Part shown: positions 48,804-62,003 of the stretch, in pieces
Layout of the letters: each line of letters opens with the position of its first letter
How positions within the stretch are numbered: the stretch's first letter is position 1
Source of the DNA: Squalus acanthias
Lineage: Eukaryota
DNA length: 64,000 nt
Assembly: GCA_030390025.1 (NCBI GenBank)
Contig: CM059438.1
Location: 57,910,001 to 57,974,000, forward strand
Direction: 5' to 3'
Made by a program: the position numbers and the translations under genes
Notes under the pieces: generated by a model
The model's input: the letters and a program-made list of their open reading frames with translations, nothing else
Databases searched by the model: none
Told to the model about the DNA's origin: nothing

Positions 48804-49016
48804 CTTGTAATTCAGTTAAATGTACATAAATGCATTTCAACCAAGGGTCCCCCACAGTTTTCAGAAAGGGGGCATTTCAATCCCATCACTGGAATGGAAT
48901 CAGTCTGAGTTCTCACCCCTTGAAGGTCCATGTTCTAATCCCATTTATCAACCAATCCCCCAACAAAATTAATATTAAACTGATGTGCACGGTGACTAGA
49001 GGGCTAGTGGGACATT

Positions 49017-49460
49017 GACGGGAATTTTAACCCCCAAAAACTGGTTGGTTTGGGTTGGGTAGGATGTTAAAATGTTAAAAATCTCAAACCTGAACACATC
49101 CTGCCTCGAACCCGCCCACTTCCGGTTTTAATGGAGGCAGAATGAGAGGCGGGCGACCAACCCGCTCCCAGGAGGAGTGCCTCAGATCTAATTTCCATTT
49201 TAAATTTAACCCTGGCCAGCCGGGTCTTTCCACTTACCTGCTAGATCCAGCTTACCTGCTTTCACTACCCCTCCGTGATTGGACCCCCCCACCCCCCCCA
49301 CGATGTTCCCCCGAGCCACGATCTCCCACCTACCCCCCACCGGTCTTTCCGATCCCTCCCCGCCTCCTCTACGCTCCCCGGCTGCAGCTTCCAATCTCGC
49401 CCCACACCGACCCTTCCAATCGCCCCCTGCTTTAAACAGTGCTTTTTTTTTTAAATGGCG
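49017..49460 (-). mobile_element. Partial Harbinger-type MITE (19511/33300 family), inverted
   Basis: Reverse complement of 20200-20459-type sequence. Confidence 0.7.
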
Positions 49461-50088
49461 ACTTAGAAGGTGATGAAACAGAATCTGTGTGTTGTACCTA
49501 CCAAACATCAGGTGCGTCTTTCAACTTCCTGCTAAAGGACAAAAGAAAAAAAAAGTGTCAGAAACTTTCTCTCAACACTTTTACCCACTGTCAAGGAATC
49601 GGTCAATCAATCAGTCAGTTTGGATTTGCACAAGTTTTTGGATTTTGCACTCCCACTTAAGAATTACAAAACAATAAATTGACTAATCACTTTTAAGTTA
49701 GCAATATTACATTTTGGGGGTTTTACCGTAGACATTGCTTTGGGTTCAGCATCAGTGGGCACTCCCTCTTGTCCCCCTGGAACCAGAGTGAGAGTTTACC
49801 TAACCAATGACTAGTTAAACATAGTGAGACCCAGGGTCAAACATAGAACATGTATCACTGTACTCAAGCCGAAATGTGCCCCATGTGATCGCTTTGTAGG
49901 CAAAAGAATAACATAATATCAGACCATGCTATGCCTCAGACTATAAAATCTTAAGCAAATTAATTTAACTTTAAATAGGCAAAATAACAGGACTTGGTAC
50001 AAACAGTATATTTACAGTACTTACAAATTTTATTATTCTCCTCAAAGTACCAAAGCAACTGAGACACATGTACAATAACCTTCAATAT

Positions 50089-50207
50089 GCGTTTCTTACA
50101 TTACGATAGTGACTACACTTCAAAAAAGTACTTCATTGGCTGTAAAGCGCTTTGGGATGTCCGGTGGTCGTGAAAGGCATTATATAAATGCAAGTCTTTC
50201 TTTTTCT
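50089..50207 (+). mobile_element. DeuSINE/L2-type 3' tail fragment
   Basis: GTAAAGCGCTTTGGGATG...TATATAAATGCAAGTCTTTC; TTCAATAT duplication. Confidence 0.75.
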
Positions 50208-50443
50208 TTCAATATAAAATTGATCCTTAAAACATGGTTGCTTGCTTCTTTCATTGCTATGTGCTATCACAGAACTCACTGATTAGCCCTGACATTGCTG
50301 GCTTCAGAACAACTGCTCCGATGAGTGCAGTTAGCTAAATCTAAGCCCATGATCAGAAGCTCCGCGCTACAGAATCATGGCCTTGCTCCTTTCACAGGTA
50401 TGACTCATCTTCATTTCAGATATAACTTTAAATCAAACTTAAT

Positions 50444-52225
50444 GGGGGTTAAATTGGGCTGAGTAGCACCCTTTTTTGGCGTTACACGGCCACTTTAAGG
50501 TTTCAAAATGAGATCTAAGATGCGTGTGTATACTTCCGATGGCAGCGCGCCATCTTGGTAAAGGGGTTTGCACACATGCGCTAAATGACCGCCGGCAGCA
50601 TGCAAAGCAGGCAGATCATGACGCGAATCAGTGTGCAACGCTGATTTGAAGTCTCCGCTGAAAATGACTTCTGGCAGCTAGTTGACTGGTCGGCGTTTTT
50701 GGAGGTTTTCTAGACTTGGGTAAAGTTTCAGTACTCTACAGAGAGTGGTCTGGCTGGTCTTGCAGTCCTGTTTGTGCCATTTAACATATTCTGGTGAAAG
50801 AAGTTTCTTCCAGATATGGGTGGCCTGGTAGGGTTCCTCTGGGAATTGAACATGACTGGGAGAATGAAGAGGGCCAGACAGAGCAGGATAAGCTGCTCGA
50901 AGAGGGAGGAGGAGTAGGAGCTGCAGCACTCTGGGCCAGCTGGCTGATAGGCAGGAGTGAGATCAGGAATGCTGTCAGCCTCAGAGAGGGCAGCAGGTTC
51001 CTCTTCATAAAGCCACTGCCACTCTCTCAGTCTGCGCCTCAGCAATCCTAGTGATCTGTTGGAGAACAGATTGCTGGACTGTTGTGACACCCTGGAAGCC
51101 CCTTTCAACAGTGGCACCCAGAGCCACGATGGCAGATCTCTGAGCTTCCATACATGTTCTTCGTGCTTCCATCACAAGAGTCTAAGCTGCAATGAAAGCA
51201 GTCCGAGATTCCATGGAAGCTATTTGTGCTAAGATGGAAGCTATGATCTCGGTCATCAGATGCTGCATGATGGTGGATTCCACAGGTGTGCTGATGGAAG
51301 TCACCAACCATTCCACGTTGGAAAAGATGGGCTCCAATCGCTGCGCAAAGCCTTGTGCCAAGTTGGAGATGGACTCCTCCATGGTGTGCAAGCTTTCCGG
51401 CAGGCTTCCCAGTGTCTACCTTGGTTGAGAATACCCATGAGCCTTCTTCTGTAACCTGGCCCGTCGAAGTCATCATCTGACTTCTCTGCAGCAGAACTAG
51501 TATGCGACCTCGGCAAGCTGGCACCTGTGGTGTCCTTTTCTCCCTGCCCTGGCTCCTGCGCACTTATGCTTGGAGTCTCACCATGTGAAGATCCCTCCTC
51601 TATCCTATCCTCCTAACCAAGGTACATGCAGTGTCAGTCTCTGAGCTGGTGGCTGCGAGAGTAAGATCGAGTGATGGTGTCTTTTCATTATCACTGTCTT
51701 TTTCTTCTTCATCTTCCTCCTCGCTCTGGGAAGGTCTAGTTCTTGGATATCTGAAATAAAACAGGGACAAGGGTTAGGTTGTGGTGAGGGGACACCATCT
51801 GCAACTTGCAAGTCAGCAGGGATTGTGGGATGATGGAGAAGAGAGAAGTGGAAAGAGAGGAGGATTATTGACCCCTCCAGCACCAGCAGTGGCCATGGCC
51901 ATAGCAATGCCCCTTCCCATGATGGCCAGCACTGTCTACACCATGGGTGTTAAAATGTGCAGCAGAGCTTATCCTCCTCCAGTTTCTTGCTGCTGCCTCC
52001 TGTAATGCACCACTTGCTCCTACAAGAAAGAGGGAAGTGTGACAGTGAATTTCATGCGATATGCTTGGTGATGTGGTTGTAATGGTTGAATAGCTGCCAG
52101 TGTGTGTGAGCTGAGAGTTATGGGTGTGAAGCTTGCAGCAGTGCTAAATGTGTGAGCGTGAGGTGAAGCTCAATGCACCACACCCATATCACTCACCTAC
52201 CAACAATCACTATCAAACAGGACTC
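50444..52225. mobile_element. Decayed, deleted Harbinger element related to 24094-26429
   Basis: GGGGGTTAAATTGGGC terminus; transposase start at 50816 like 24521; minus-strand Myb-partner exons like 25230-25900. Confidence 0.8.
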
Positions 52226-53510
52226 ATAAGAACATAAGAAATAGGAGCAGGAGTAGGACATTTGGCCCTTCGAGCCTGCTCCGCCATTCAATAAGATCAT
52301 GGCTGATCTTCTACCTCAATTACACTTTCCTGCACTATCCCCATATCCCTTGATTCCCTTAATATTCAAAAATCTATCGATCTCTGTCTTGAATATACTC
52401 AACGACTGAGCCTCCACAGCCCACTGGGGTAGAGAATTCCAAAGATTCACCACCCTCTGAGTGCAGAAATTTCTCCCCATCTCAGTCCTAAATGGCTGAC
52501 CCCTTATTCTGAGACTGTGACCTCTGGTTCTAGACTCCCCAGCCAGGGGAAGCATCCTCCTTGCATCTACCCTGTCAAGCCCTATAAGAATTTTGTATGT
52601 TTCAATGAGATCACCTCTCATTCTTCTAAACTCTAGAGAATATAGGCCTAGTCTACTCAATCTCTCCATATAGGACAATCTCCCCATCCCAGGAACCAGT
52701 CTGGTGAACCTTCGTCGCACTCCCTCTATGACAAGTATATCCTTCCTTAGGTAAGGAGACCAAAACTGTACACAATACTCCAGGTGTGGTCTCACCTGGG
52801 CCCTATATAATTGCAGGAAGACATCTTTACTCTTATACTCAAATCCTCTTGTAATAAAGGCCAACATACCATTTGCTTTCCTAATTTCTTGCTGTACCTG
52901 CATGTTAACTTTCAGTGATTTGTGTACAAGGACACCCAGGTGCCTCTGAACACCAACATTTCCCAATCTCTCACCATTTAAAAAATACTCTGCTTTTCTA
53001 TTTTTCCTACCAAAGTGGATAACTTCAAATTTCTCCACATTATATTCCATTTGCCATGTTCTTGCCCACTCACTTAGCTCGTCTATATCCCCTTGAAGCC
53101 TCCTTGCATCCTCCTCACAACTTACATTCCTACCCACCTTTGTATCATCAGCAAACTTGGATATATTACATTTGGTCCCCTCATCCAAATAATTGATGTA
53201 GATTGTGAATAGCTGAGGCCCAAGCACTGATCCTTGCAGTACCCCACTAGATACAGCCTGCCAACCCGAAAATGACCCGTTTATTCCTACTCTCTGTTTT
53301 CTGTCCGTTAACCAATCCTCAATCCATGCTAGTATTTTACCCCCATCCCATGATCCCTAATTTTGTTTAATAACCTCTTGTGTGGCACCTTATCGAATGC
53401 CTTCTGAAAATCCAAATACACGACATCCATTGGTTCCTCCTTATCTATTCTGCTAGTTACAACCTCAAAAAACTCTAACAGATTTCTCAAACACGATTTC
53501 CCTTTCATAA

Positions 53511-56500
53511 ATCATAGTCATAACAGCAGAGAAGTAGGCCATTCGGCCCATCGAGTCCGTGCCAGCTCTCTGTAGAGCAATCCAGTCAGTCCCATTCCCC
53601 CGCTCTATCCCCGTAGCCCTGCAAGTTTATTTCCCTCAAGTGCCTATCCAGTCTCCCCTTGAAAACATTGAGTGTCTCCACTTCCACTACTTCCGTCGGC
53701 AGCGAATTCGAGGTCCTCATCACTCGCTGTGTAAAAAAGTTTTTCCTCACATCCCCCCTGTATCTCTTCCCCAAAACCTAAAATCTGTGTCCCCTCGTCC
53801 TTGTACCATCAACTAGTGGGAACAGCGTTTCCCCGTCTAGCCTATCCAAACCTGTCATAATCTTGTACACCTCTATCAAATCACCCCTCAACCTCCTTTG
53901 CTCTAATGAAAACAAATCCAGCTTCTCCACCCTGTCCTTGTAGCTAAGATCCCCTATCTCCGGAACCATTCTGGTAAATCTCCTCTGCACCCTCTCCAGG
54001 GCCTTCACATCCTTCCTAAAGTGTGGTGACCAGAACTGGACGCAATACTCCAGTTGTGGCCTAACCAGCGCTTTATAAAGGTTCAGCATAACTTTTCTAC
54101 TTTTGTACTCAATACCTCTATTTATGAAGCCCAAGATCCCATATGCTTTGTTAACCACTCTCTCAATATGTCCAACCACCTTCAGGGACCTATGCTCATT
54201 AACTCCCAAGTCCCTCTGTCCCTGCACACTCTTTAAAATTGTGCCATTAAATGTATATTGCCTCTCCCTGTTCCTTCTGCCAAAATGCATCACCTCACAC
54301 TTCTCTGTATTAAATTCCATCTGCCACTTGTCTGCCCATTCTGCTAGCCTTTCTATGTCCTGTTGCAGTCGATTGATATCATCATCACTGTTTGCCACAC
54401 CCCCAAGTTTGGTGTCATCAGCAAATTTAGAAATTCTACTCTGTATTCCAATATCCAGGTCATTTATATATATCAAAAAAAGCAGTGGCCCCAACACTGA
54501 CCCTTGGGGAACACCACTGTCTACCATCCTCCAGTCTGAAAAACAGCCATTTACCACAACTCGCTGTTTTCTGTCCTTAAGCCAATTCCTTATCCTAGCT
54601 GCTATTGACCCACCTATTCCATGAGCCTCAATTTTGTTAACCAGCCTTCTATGTGGTACTTTGTCAAACGCCTTCCGAAAATCCATGTAGACAACATCTA
54701 TTGCATTCCCTTCATCAATCCTCTCTGTTACTTCATCAAAAAATTCAATTAGATTAGTCAAACACAATCTGCCTTTTACAAATCCGTGTTGGCTCTCCTT
54801 AATTAGCTTAAACCTCTTCAAGTGCCGGTTAAGTTTTTCCTTGATTATTGTTTCTAAAACTTTACCCACCACTGATGTTAAACTAACCAGCCTGTAGTTA
54901 CTAGGATTGTCCTTACACCCTTTCTTGAACAATAGTGTCACATTTGCCACTTTCCAATCCTCAGGCACCTCCCCCGCATCTAGGGAAGATTGGAAAATTA
55001 TGGCAAGCCCTTCCGCTATTTCCTCCTCCAATTCCCTTAGCAACCTGCGATGCAAGCCATCTGGATCAGGCGACTTGTCCACGCTAAGCATACCCAGCCT
55101 TTCTAGTACATCCCGTCTATCAATTTTCACCCCTTCCATTGCTTGTACCTTTTCCACTTCTACCGATATTTTGTCAGCATCCACCTCCTTAGTAAACACC
55201 GATACAAAGTACTCATTGAGTATTCTAGCCTTGCCCTGCGCTTCTAAGAATATATATCACCTTATTTGTCTCTAATAGGCCCCACCCCGCCTCTTACTAC
55301 CCGCTTACTGTTTACATGCCGGTAGAAGATTTTTGGGTTCCCTTTTATGTTAACCGCCATTCTACTCTCATATTCTCTCTTTGCCAATCTTATTTTCATC
55401 TTCACATCCCCTCTCAACTTATTGTATTTGGTCTGGTTCTCCCTTGAAGAATTCACCTGACATGCATCATATGCCCTCTATTTTTGTTTCATCGTCTTCT
55501 CTATCTCCCTCGTCATCCAAGGAGCCCTTGCTTTGGTTTCCTTACCCTTCCCTCTTGTTGGAAAGTACCTAGCCGGTACTTGGAAAATCTCCTCCTTAAA
55601 GATCACCCATTGTTCCGTTACAGTTTTTCCTGTCAGTCTTTGGTTCCATTTTACTCTGGCTAGATCCTTTTGCATCCCATTGAAGTTAGCCTTATTCCAA
55701 TTTAGAAGTTCCACTCTAGATTGTTCCTTGCTTCTCTCCATTGCTAATCTAAATCTTCTGATACGATGATCACTCATACCCAAGTGTTCTCTCACAGACA
55801 CTTGGTCCACCTGGCCCACCTCATTCCCCAGCACCAGATCCAGCAATGCCTCCTTCCTAGTTGGGCCAAGACTATATTGGTCAAGGAAATTCTCCTGAAC
55901 ACATTTCAGAAATTCCTCCCTCTCCTTTCCCTTTACCCTAGCATTATCCCAATCGATATTTGGGTAATTAAAGTCCCCCAATATCACCACTCTATAGCTC
56001 TTGCATATCTCTGCGATTTCTCTGCAGATTTGCTCCTCTACCTCCCTCTCACTATTTGGAGGCCTATAGAATTCCCCCAATAGCGTGATCATACCCTTTT
56101 TGCTCCTCAACTCGAACCAAATGGATTCTGTCCTTGTCCCCTCAAGAACATCCTCCCTTTCCAACACTACAATGTCTTCCTTAATCAGTACTGCCACCCC
56201 ACTTCCCTTTTTTCCTTCCCTATCTTTTCTGAACACCTTGTACCCTTGAATATTAAGTGTCCAGTCCTCACCGTCTTTAAGCCACGTTTCCGTTATTGCC
56301 ACAACATCATATTGCCACACAGCTAATTGTGCTTGTAGCTCACCAACCTTATTCACCACACTTTGTGCGTTTACGTACATGCATTCTAAACCCATTTTTG
56401 AATTTTGTCGTCGTCTTTCTTAGTCTGCGCTTAGCTAATATGGTACTACTACCGCCTCTAGTACTGTCTTCTCCGATATTATCTAACACACTCGGGGAGA

Positions 56501-57557
56501 AATTCAGTATCGCCCCATCTGGGGCGCAATTATCGGCCGGGCGCAAAGATTAGCGCCTGGCGCTAATTATCGCCTCCGACTGCAAACTTGACTTTTATCG
56601 CCCCATGGAGGTGACTGGAGCGCTAAATCAGGCGCCTCACACCTGTCTTAAGGCGCAAAGGCCGAGGAGCGAGGCGCTAACTCAAAGCGCTGGCGAAGCC
56701 CATGTGATGTCAGTCAGCAATGGAACACACACACAATGGCGCGGGCCAGTTCTTAAAGGGGAGGGTTGATCTTGCTTTCCATCCACATCCTGCTCATTGC
56801 AGCCTTGAATCTCGGCCTGGAGAGACCTGTACATCAAATCTGCTGGAAAGAACAATGGAGAGTACCAGGGAAAGAGCTCAGAGTGCAGCCCCCACAGTCT
56901 CTTCTAAATCAATGCAAGGAAGGGCAAATCAAAATGAACCTGCAAAGTGCTGCTCAGTACCCAAAACTCCTTCACACAGCGTTGAATCTCTCCAGAAGTC
57001 TCTCTCTCTCTCAGAATGCGTGGTTCAAAAATGTCACCAACAATAAAAGGCAGGAAGCAGTCGCCTTTAAATAGCACTCCCCCAGTCCCTTCCTGACTGC
57101 AAAACGCTCCCCTCAACCTGTCGTTGCTAGCGGCAGGCGGTAAGGCAGGGGGCGCCACTCAATATCCGCTCCGGGGCGATACCGGGGCGTTGCGCACTCG
57201 ACTGACGTCACGATCTGCCAACGCAGGAGATCGTGGCGGTAGTGTTTAGTGCCGCCGCAAAATGTCTAGTTAATTTCGCGAGCGGCGCAAACATCGCCGC
57301 GCCCGGGCACTAGCTGCTTTGTGCCCCATTAGCGCCCTCTTAAGGCGCTAACGGGAGGCGCAACCAACTGAATTTTTCCCCCTCACTCTTTTATGCACCT
57401 TATTCCTCTTTTCTACTCCTATATGCTGGTGCCCATCCCCCTGCCAAGTTAGTTTAAACCCTCCCCAACAGCACTAACAAACCTCCCCATGAGAATATTG
57501 GTCCCGACTCTGTTGAGGTGTAACCCATCCGGCTTGTACAGGTCCCACCTTCCCTAG
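53511..57557 (-). mobile_element. CR1 (second subfamily) nested in CR1, with end of ORF1 and most of ORF2
   Basis: 305-aa endonuclease ORF 55478-56395 and 473-aa RT ORF 53778-55199; AAATC at both junctions. Confidence 0.95.
56494..57381 (+). mobile_element. Harbinger-type MITE, second copy of 13708-14590
   Basis: TIR GGGGAGAAATT / AATTTTTCCCC; apparent CTC duplication; empty site at ~14813. Confidence 0.95.
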
Positions 57558-57977
57558 AAATCCATGTTGACTCTGCCCAATCCTATTATTATTTTCCAAG
57601 TGCCCTGTTACCACGTCCTTAATAATAGATTCCAGCATTTTCCCTACTACTGATGTCAGGATAACTAGTCTGTAGTTCCTCGTTTTTGCTCTCCCTCCTT
57701 TCTTAAATAGTGAGGTTACATTTGCTACCTTCCAATCCGCGGGACCATTCTAGAGTCTATGGAATTTTGGAAAATGACAACCAATGTATCCACTATCTCT
57801 ATAGCTACCTCTTTCAAAACCCTCGGATGTAGGCCAACAGGTCATGGGGATTTATCGGTTTTCAGTCCCATTAATTTCACCAGTACTTTTTTTTTACTAA
57901 TACTAATTTCTTTCAGTTCCTCATGCTCACTAGACCCTTGCTTCTCCACTAATTCCAGGAAGTTTTTTGCTTCTTCT

Positions 57978-58778
57978 TCCGTGAAGACAGACACAAACTG
58001 GAAGACTGAGTTCGAGGCAGGACTGTTGGTTTTCAGGTTCCAGTCCCGCCATCAGCGACGTCTGACGAGCTGACGCTATTTTCCCAATTGGCTTTGTTAA
58101 GCCCGCCGCGCGGGCTTGCCGGCCAATTAAGGAATACCTGGTGTCAGATGACGTCACTTGATGACGCTTCATCTGCCGGTTTTCTTAAAGGCATATGCAC
58201 CACACTTGTTTGACAGATGATTTGATAGTGTTTGACAACATTGAGGTGCTGTCAAACACTGACAATCTCTGTCCAAAGGTGAGCCCTTGGACCCAGACTC
58301 TCCATTTACTCTCTCCTTAGGATAAAACAGATGGCAGCTGCAGCTGAGATTGCAGAAGCCATCTGTCACTTTTCCCGATGAGATGAGCCTACACAAACAC
58401 TTCACAGCTTGTCACCTGCAGAAACATCTAAACACATTAAACATTACTTTCATAACTTTTCCTTACCTCCGATATTCACCAGTGTCCCATTGAATCTTTT
58501 AAACCACTTCTGCAGCTGTCATATATACACAAAAATTACAGTACACCCACATCACAACTCACTTACCCTGGTGGGGTTCCCAGACGTCGGGAAGCCCGCA
58601 GCAGCAGTGGAAAAATGGGAAAAAGCCTCTTAACTGCCTGTTAATCGGGGACCCGACTCCTAGGAAGATTGGTTGGAGGCGGGTTAGGAGTGGGTTTGGG
58701 ACCCGCTCCCATTTTTGGGGATTTTCCCAGCAGTCCCGCCTCCAGACACACCTCCTCAGGGCTGGTAAAATCCAGCCC
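57978..58778 (+). mobile_element. Diverged member of the hairpin-rich MITE family, left TIR eroded
   Basis: Ends AAAATCCAGCCC; shares AGCCCGC-GCGGGCT, CCAAT and TGTCAAACACTGAC with 9432-10263; interrupts CR1. Confidence 0.82.
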
Positions 58779-60079
58779 TGAGTATTTGTTTAATTTCTCT
58801 GCCATTTCCTTATTCCCCAATATAACTTCTCCTGTCTCAGCCTGTAAGGGACCCACATTTACTTTTGCTAATCTTTTCCTTTTTACATACCTACAGAAGC
58901 TTTTACAGTCTGTTTTATGTCTCTCGTTAGTTTACTCTCATATTCTAGTTTCCCTTTCTTTATCAATTTCTTGGCCCACCTATGCTGAATTCTAAAACCC
59001 TCCCAATCATTAGGCTTACTACTCTTTTTGGCAAAATTATAAGCCTCTTTCTTTGATCTAATACTATCTTTAACTTCTCGTTAGCCACGGTTGGACCACT
59101 TTTCCGGTGGGGTTTTTGTGCCTTAAAGGAATGTATATTTGTTGTAAATTATGTATTAATTCTTTAAATGCTAGCCGTTGCTTCTCTACCGTCATACCTT
59201 TTAATGTAGTCTCCCAATCTACCTTAGCCAACTCGCCCCTCATGCCTACGTAGTTTGCTTTGATTAAATTTAAGACCCGTGTTTCAGATTTAACTAAATC
59301 ACTTTCAAACTCATTATAAAATTCTATCATATTAATGGTCATTCTTCCCTAAAGGCCCCTTTACTACAAGGTTATTAATTAACACTTTCTCATTGCACAA
59401 TACTAGATCTAAAAGAGCCTTTTCCCTAGTTGGTTCCTCAACATACTGATCTAGAAAACTATCTTGCATACATTCCATGAATTTGTCCTCCACACTATTA
59501 CTGCAAATTTGGTTTGCCCAGTCTATATGTAGATTAAAGTCCCCCATGATTACTGTATTACCCTTGTTACAAGCGCCTCTAATTTCCTGATTTATACTCT
59601 GCCCTACATTACAACTACTATTTTGGGGCCTATAAACAACTCCCACCAATGTTTTCTGCCCCTTGCTGTTTCTTAGCTCCACCCAAACAGCTTCTACTTC
59701 TTGATTTTCGGAGCTAAGATGCTTTCCCTCTACTGTCTTTATCCCATCCTTAATTATCAGGGCTACCCCTCCTCCTTTTCCATTTTGCCTATCTCTTCTA
59801 AAAGTTAAGTACCCTGGAATATTTAGTTCCCAACCTTGGCCACTTTGCAACCACGTCTCCCTTATGGCTATTAGATCAAACCTGTTAATTTCTATCTGCG
59901 GTATTAATTCATCTATTTTGTTGCAAATGCTTCGCGCATTCAGATATAGTGCCTTTAGTTTTGACTTATTTCTATTTTTCCCTGCTGTCACCTTAGTTAC
60001 TGATGCCTTATTACTTTTGTTACTCTCTGTCCCTTCCTGGCCCACTCTGCTTATTTTTACCCAAAACTCTACTCTGCTC

Positions 60080-61113
60080 TAGAGCCTTGACAGTTCTCTC
60101 GCTGCTTTTAAATTTACTCTATCTTGACCCCCCCCCTTCATTAGTTTAAAGACCTGTCTACTGCCCCAGTTATTCGGTTTGCCAGGACACTGGTCCCAGC
60201 CCAGTTTAAGTGGAGCCTGTCCCAAGGGAACAACTCCCTCTTTCCCCAGTATTGGCGCCTGTGCCCATGAACTGAAACCCCTTCCTCCCACACCACTCTG
60301 AGCCACGCATTTAAACCTCAAATCTGTTTGTCCCTATGCCTATGGCTCAGGTAACAATCCAGAGATTATTACCTTTGAGGTTCTGCTTTTTAATTTGGAT
60401 CCTAGCTCCTCAAACTCCCTCAGCAGAACCTCATTCCTAGTTCTACCTGTGTCGTTGGTTCTTACATGGACCACGACAACTGGATTCACCCCTCCCCCTC
60501 CCACTCCAAGTTCTCCTCCAGCCGCGAGATGTCGTCTTTAACCCTGGCACCCGGCAGGCAACACAACTGTCGGAACTCTTGGTCACGGCTGCAGAGAACA
60601 GTATCTATTCCCCTAACTATATTGTATCCCCCTAACTATATTGTCCCCTACCACAACTACATTCCCTTTCACTCTCCCCACTTGAATGGCTTCCTGCACC
60701 ATAGTGCCATGGTCAGCTTGCTCATCCATCCTACAGGCTTTTCCCTCATCCACACAGGCAGCAAGAACCTCATACCTGTTGGACAAGGGCAAAGGCTAAG
60801 GCTCCTCCAGCACCGCACCTGGGATCCCCTTACCTGCCTGAGTTGCAGTCACACCCTCCTGTCCCTGACCACTAACCAGACCTGTACCACTGCCTAACCT
60901 AAGGGGTGTGACTGCCTCCTGGATCAAAGTGTCCAGGTAACTCTCCCCATCCCTGATGCCCCGCAATGTCTGCACCTCAGACTCCAGCTCAAACACTCTG
61001 AGCTGAAGTTCCTCAAGATGCAGGCACTTACTGCAAACGTGGTTATCCGGGATCACAATGCTCTCCACAAACTCCCACATGCTGCAGTTGCGGCACACCA
61101 CCTGCACTGCCAT
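60080..61113 (-). pseudogene. CR1 ORF1 (Cys motif/coiled coil plus SGNH-esterase-like region), disrupted
   Basis: MAVQVVCRNCSMWE...HVCSKC...LQLRVFELESEVQTLR; downstream CCLPGARVKD and VVVHVRTND-like blocks. Confidence 0.85.
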
Positions 61114-61307
61114 CCCTATATGACCTTGCTTTATTTAATTAAATTTAATCAAATTTGTAATTAGGTAACTTAGTTTACAGCGTAGTTTCTTGACTACTTA
61201 CTTTATCTAGCTTAAGTTAAGGGTACTGAAATTATATATCTACCTATAACACAAAGCACTACAAGTAGTGTAGGCAAAAAGCAGCAACTCCTTCCCCCTC
61301 TTCTCCA

Positions 61308-61682
61308 AATTCCCACTCTTTCCAAATTCCCAAATTAAACACTCTGTTCAAGTACACTCCGTTTAATCCTGCACTGTGCTCTGCAGAAATGTTTACTTTT
61401 ATACACTAGGTGCCTCACCCAATTTACAAGTGATGACTCAGCTCCCCTGATCCTGGTGATTAGCGCCTATTCAAGACAAACACTAACAGCTGACTGACAG
61501 TTAACTGCCACGAGCAGTCAGCTTCTGTTAACTACAGTTTTTAAAGTTCTAGGTTAAAATCAAAATCTTAAACTAAATTTCACATTCGACAGCTTCTACT
61601 TAACCAGAAATTCCCACTCTTTCCAAATTCCCAAATAAAACACTCTGTTCAAGTCCACTCCATTTAATCCTGCTCTGTGCAG
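61308..61682. repeat. ~73-bp direct repeat pair in the CR1 5' UTR (61308-61380, 61608-61680)
   Basis: AAATTCCCACTCTTTTCCAAATTCCCAAAT.AAACACTCTGTTCAAGT.CACTCC.TTTAATCCTGC.CTGTGC occurs twice, 300 bp apart. Confidence 0.9.
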
Positions 61683-62003
61683 ACCGCCTGACATGAATCT
61701 TGTCATTCATATATGAAGTAATACTGGGCGGCCTGCTGGTGGCGCTGTTCAGGGAGAGTATAAATACTCAGGCATGGGCCCAGCTTGCTTAGGACATTCC
61801 TCAACAGGAACTAGTTAAGGACAACTAGATCTCCATGTTGGAAAACAGTTGATTAAAGCTTTGTTTAACGCTTAGACCAAGTGCCTAGTAGTTTTCTTAC
61901 GTCAATGTAATCAACTGGCCTGCTCCACGCTCTGAGTAGTTTTGGGAACAGACGGCTACGACTCAAACGGTAGAAGGGAACCAGATATAGTAATCAATCC
62001 ATC

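Larger units (their letters stand above)
52228..61690 (-). mobile_element. Essentially full-length CR1 (5' UTR, ORF1, ORF2), disrupted, with nested CR1 and MITEs
   Basis: ORF1 at 61113, endonuclease 60045-59332, RT 53227-52316; collinear across insertions at 53511-57557 and 57978-58778. Confidence 0.93.

Noticed and set aside
54103..54624. Antisense ORFs over CR1, L2 and Penelope (for example 12894-13220, 32222-32836, 44269-44655)
   Set aside because: These are shadow frames of RT coding sequence with no independent motif.
52228..57557. Segmental duplication of the 2.2-14.8 kb region
   Set aside because: Similarity is confined to repeat copies; flanks, host orientation and MITE insertion sites differ.
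61773..61790. ATGGGCCCAGCTTGCTT as an initiator tRNA-Met half primer site
   Set aside because: The match is partial and recalled from memory, and it lies inside the candidate LTR rather than downstream of it.
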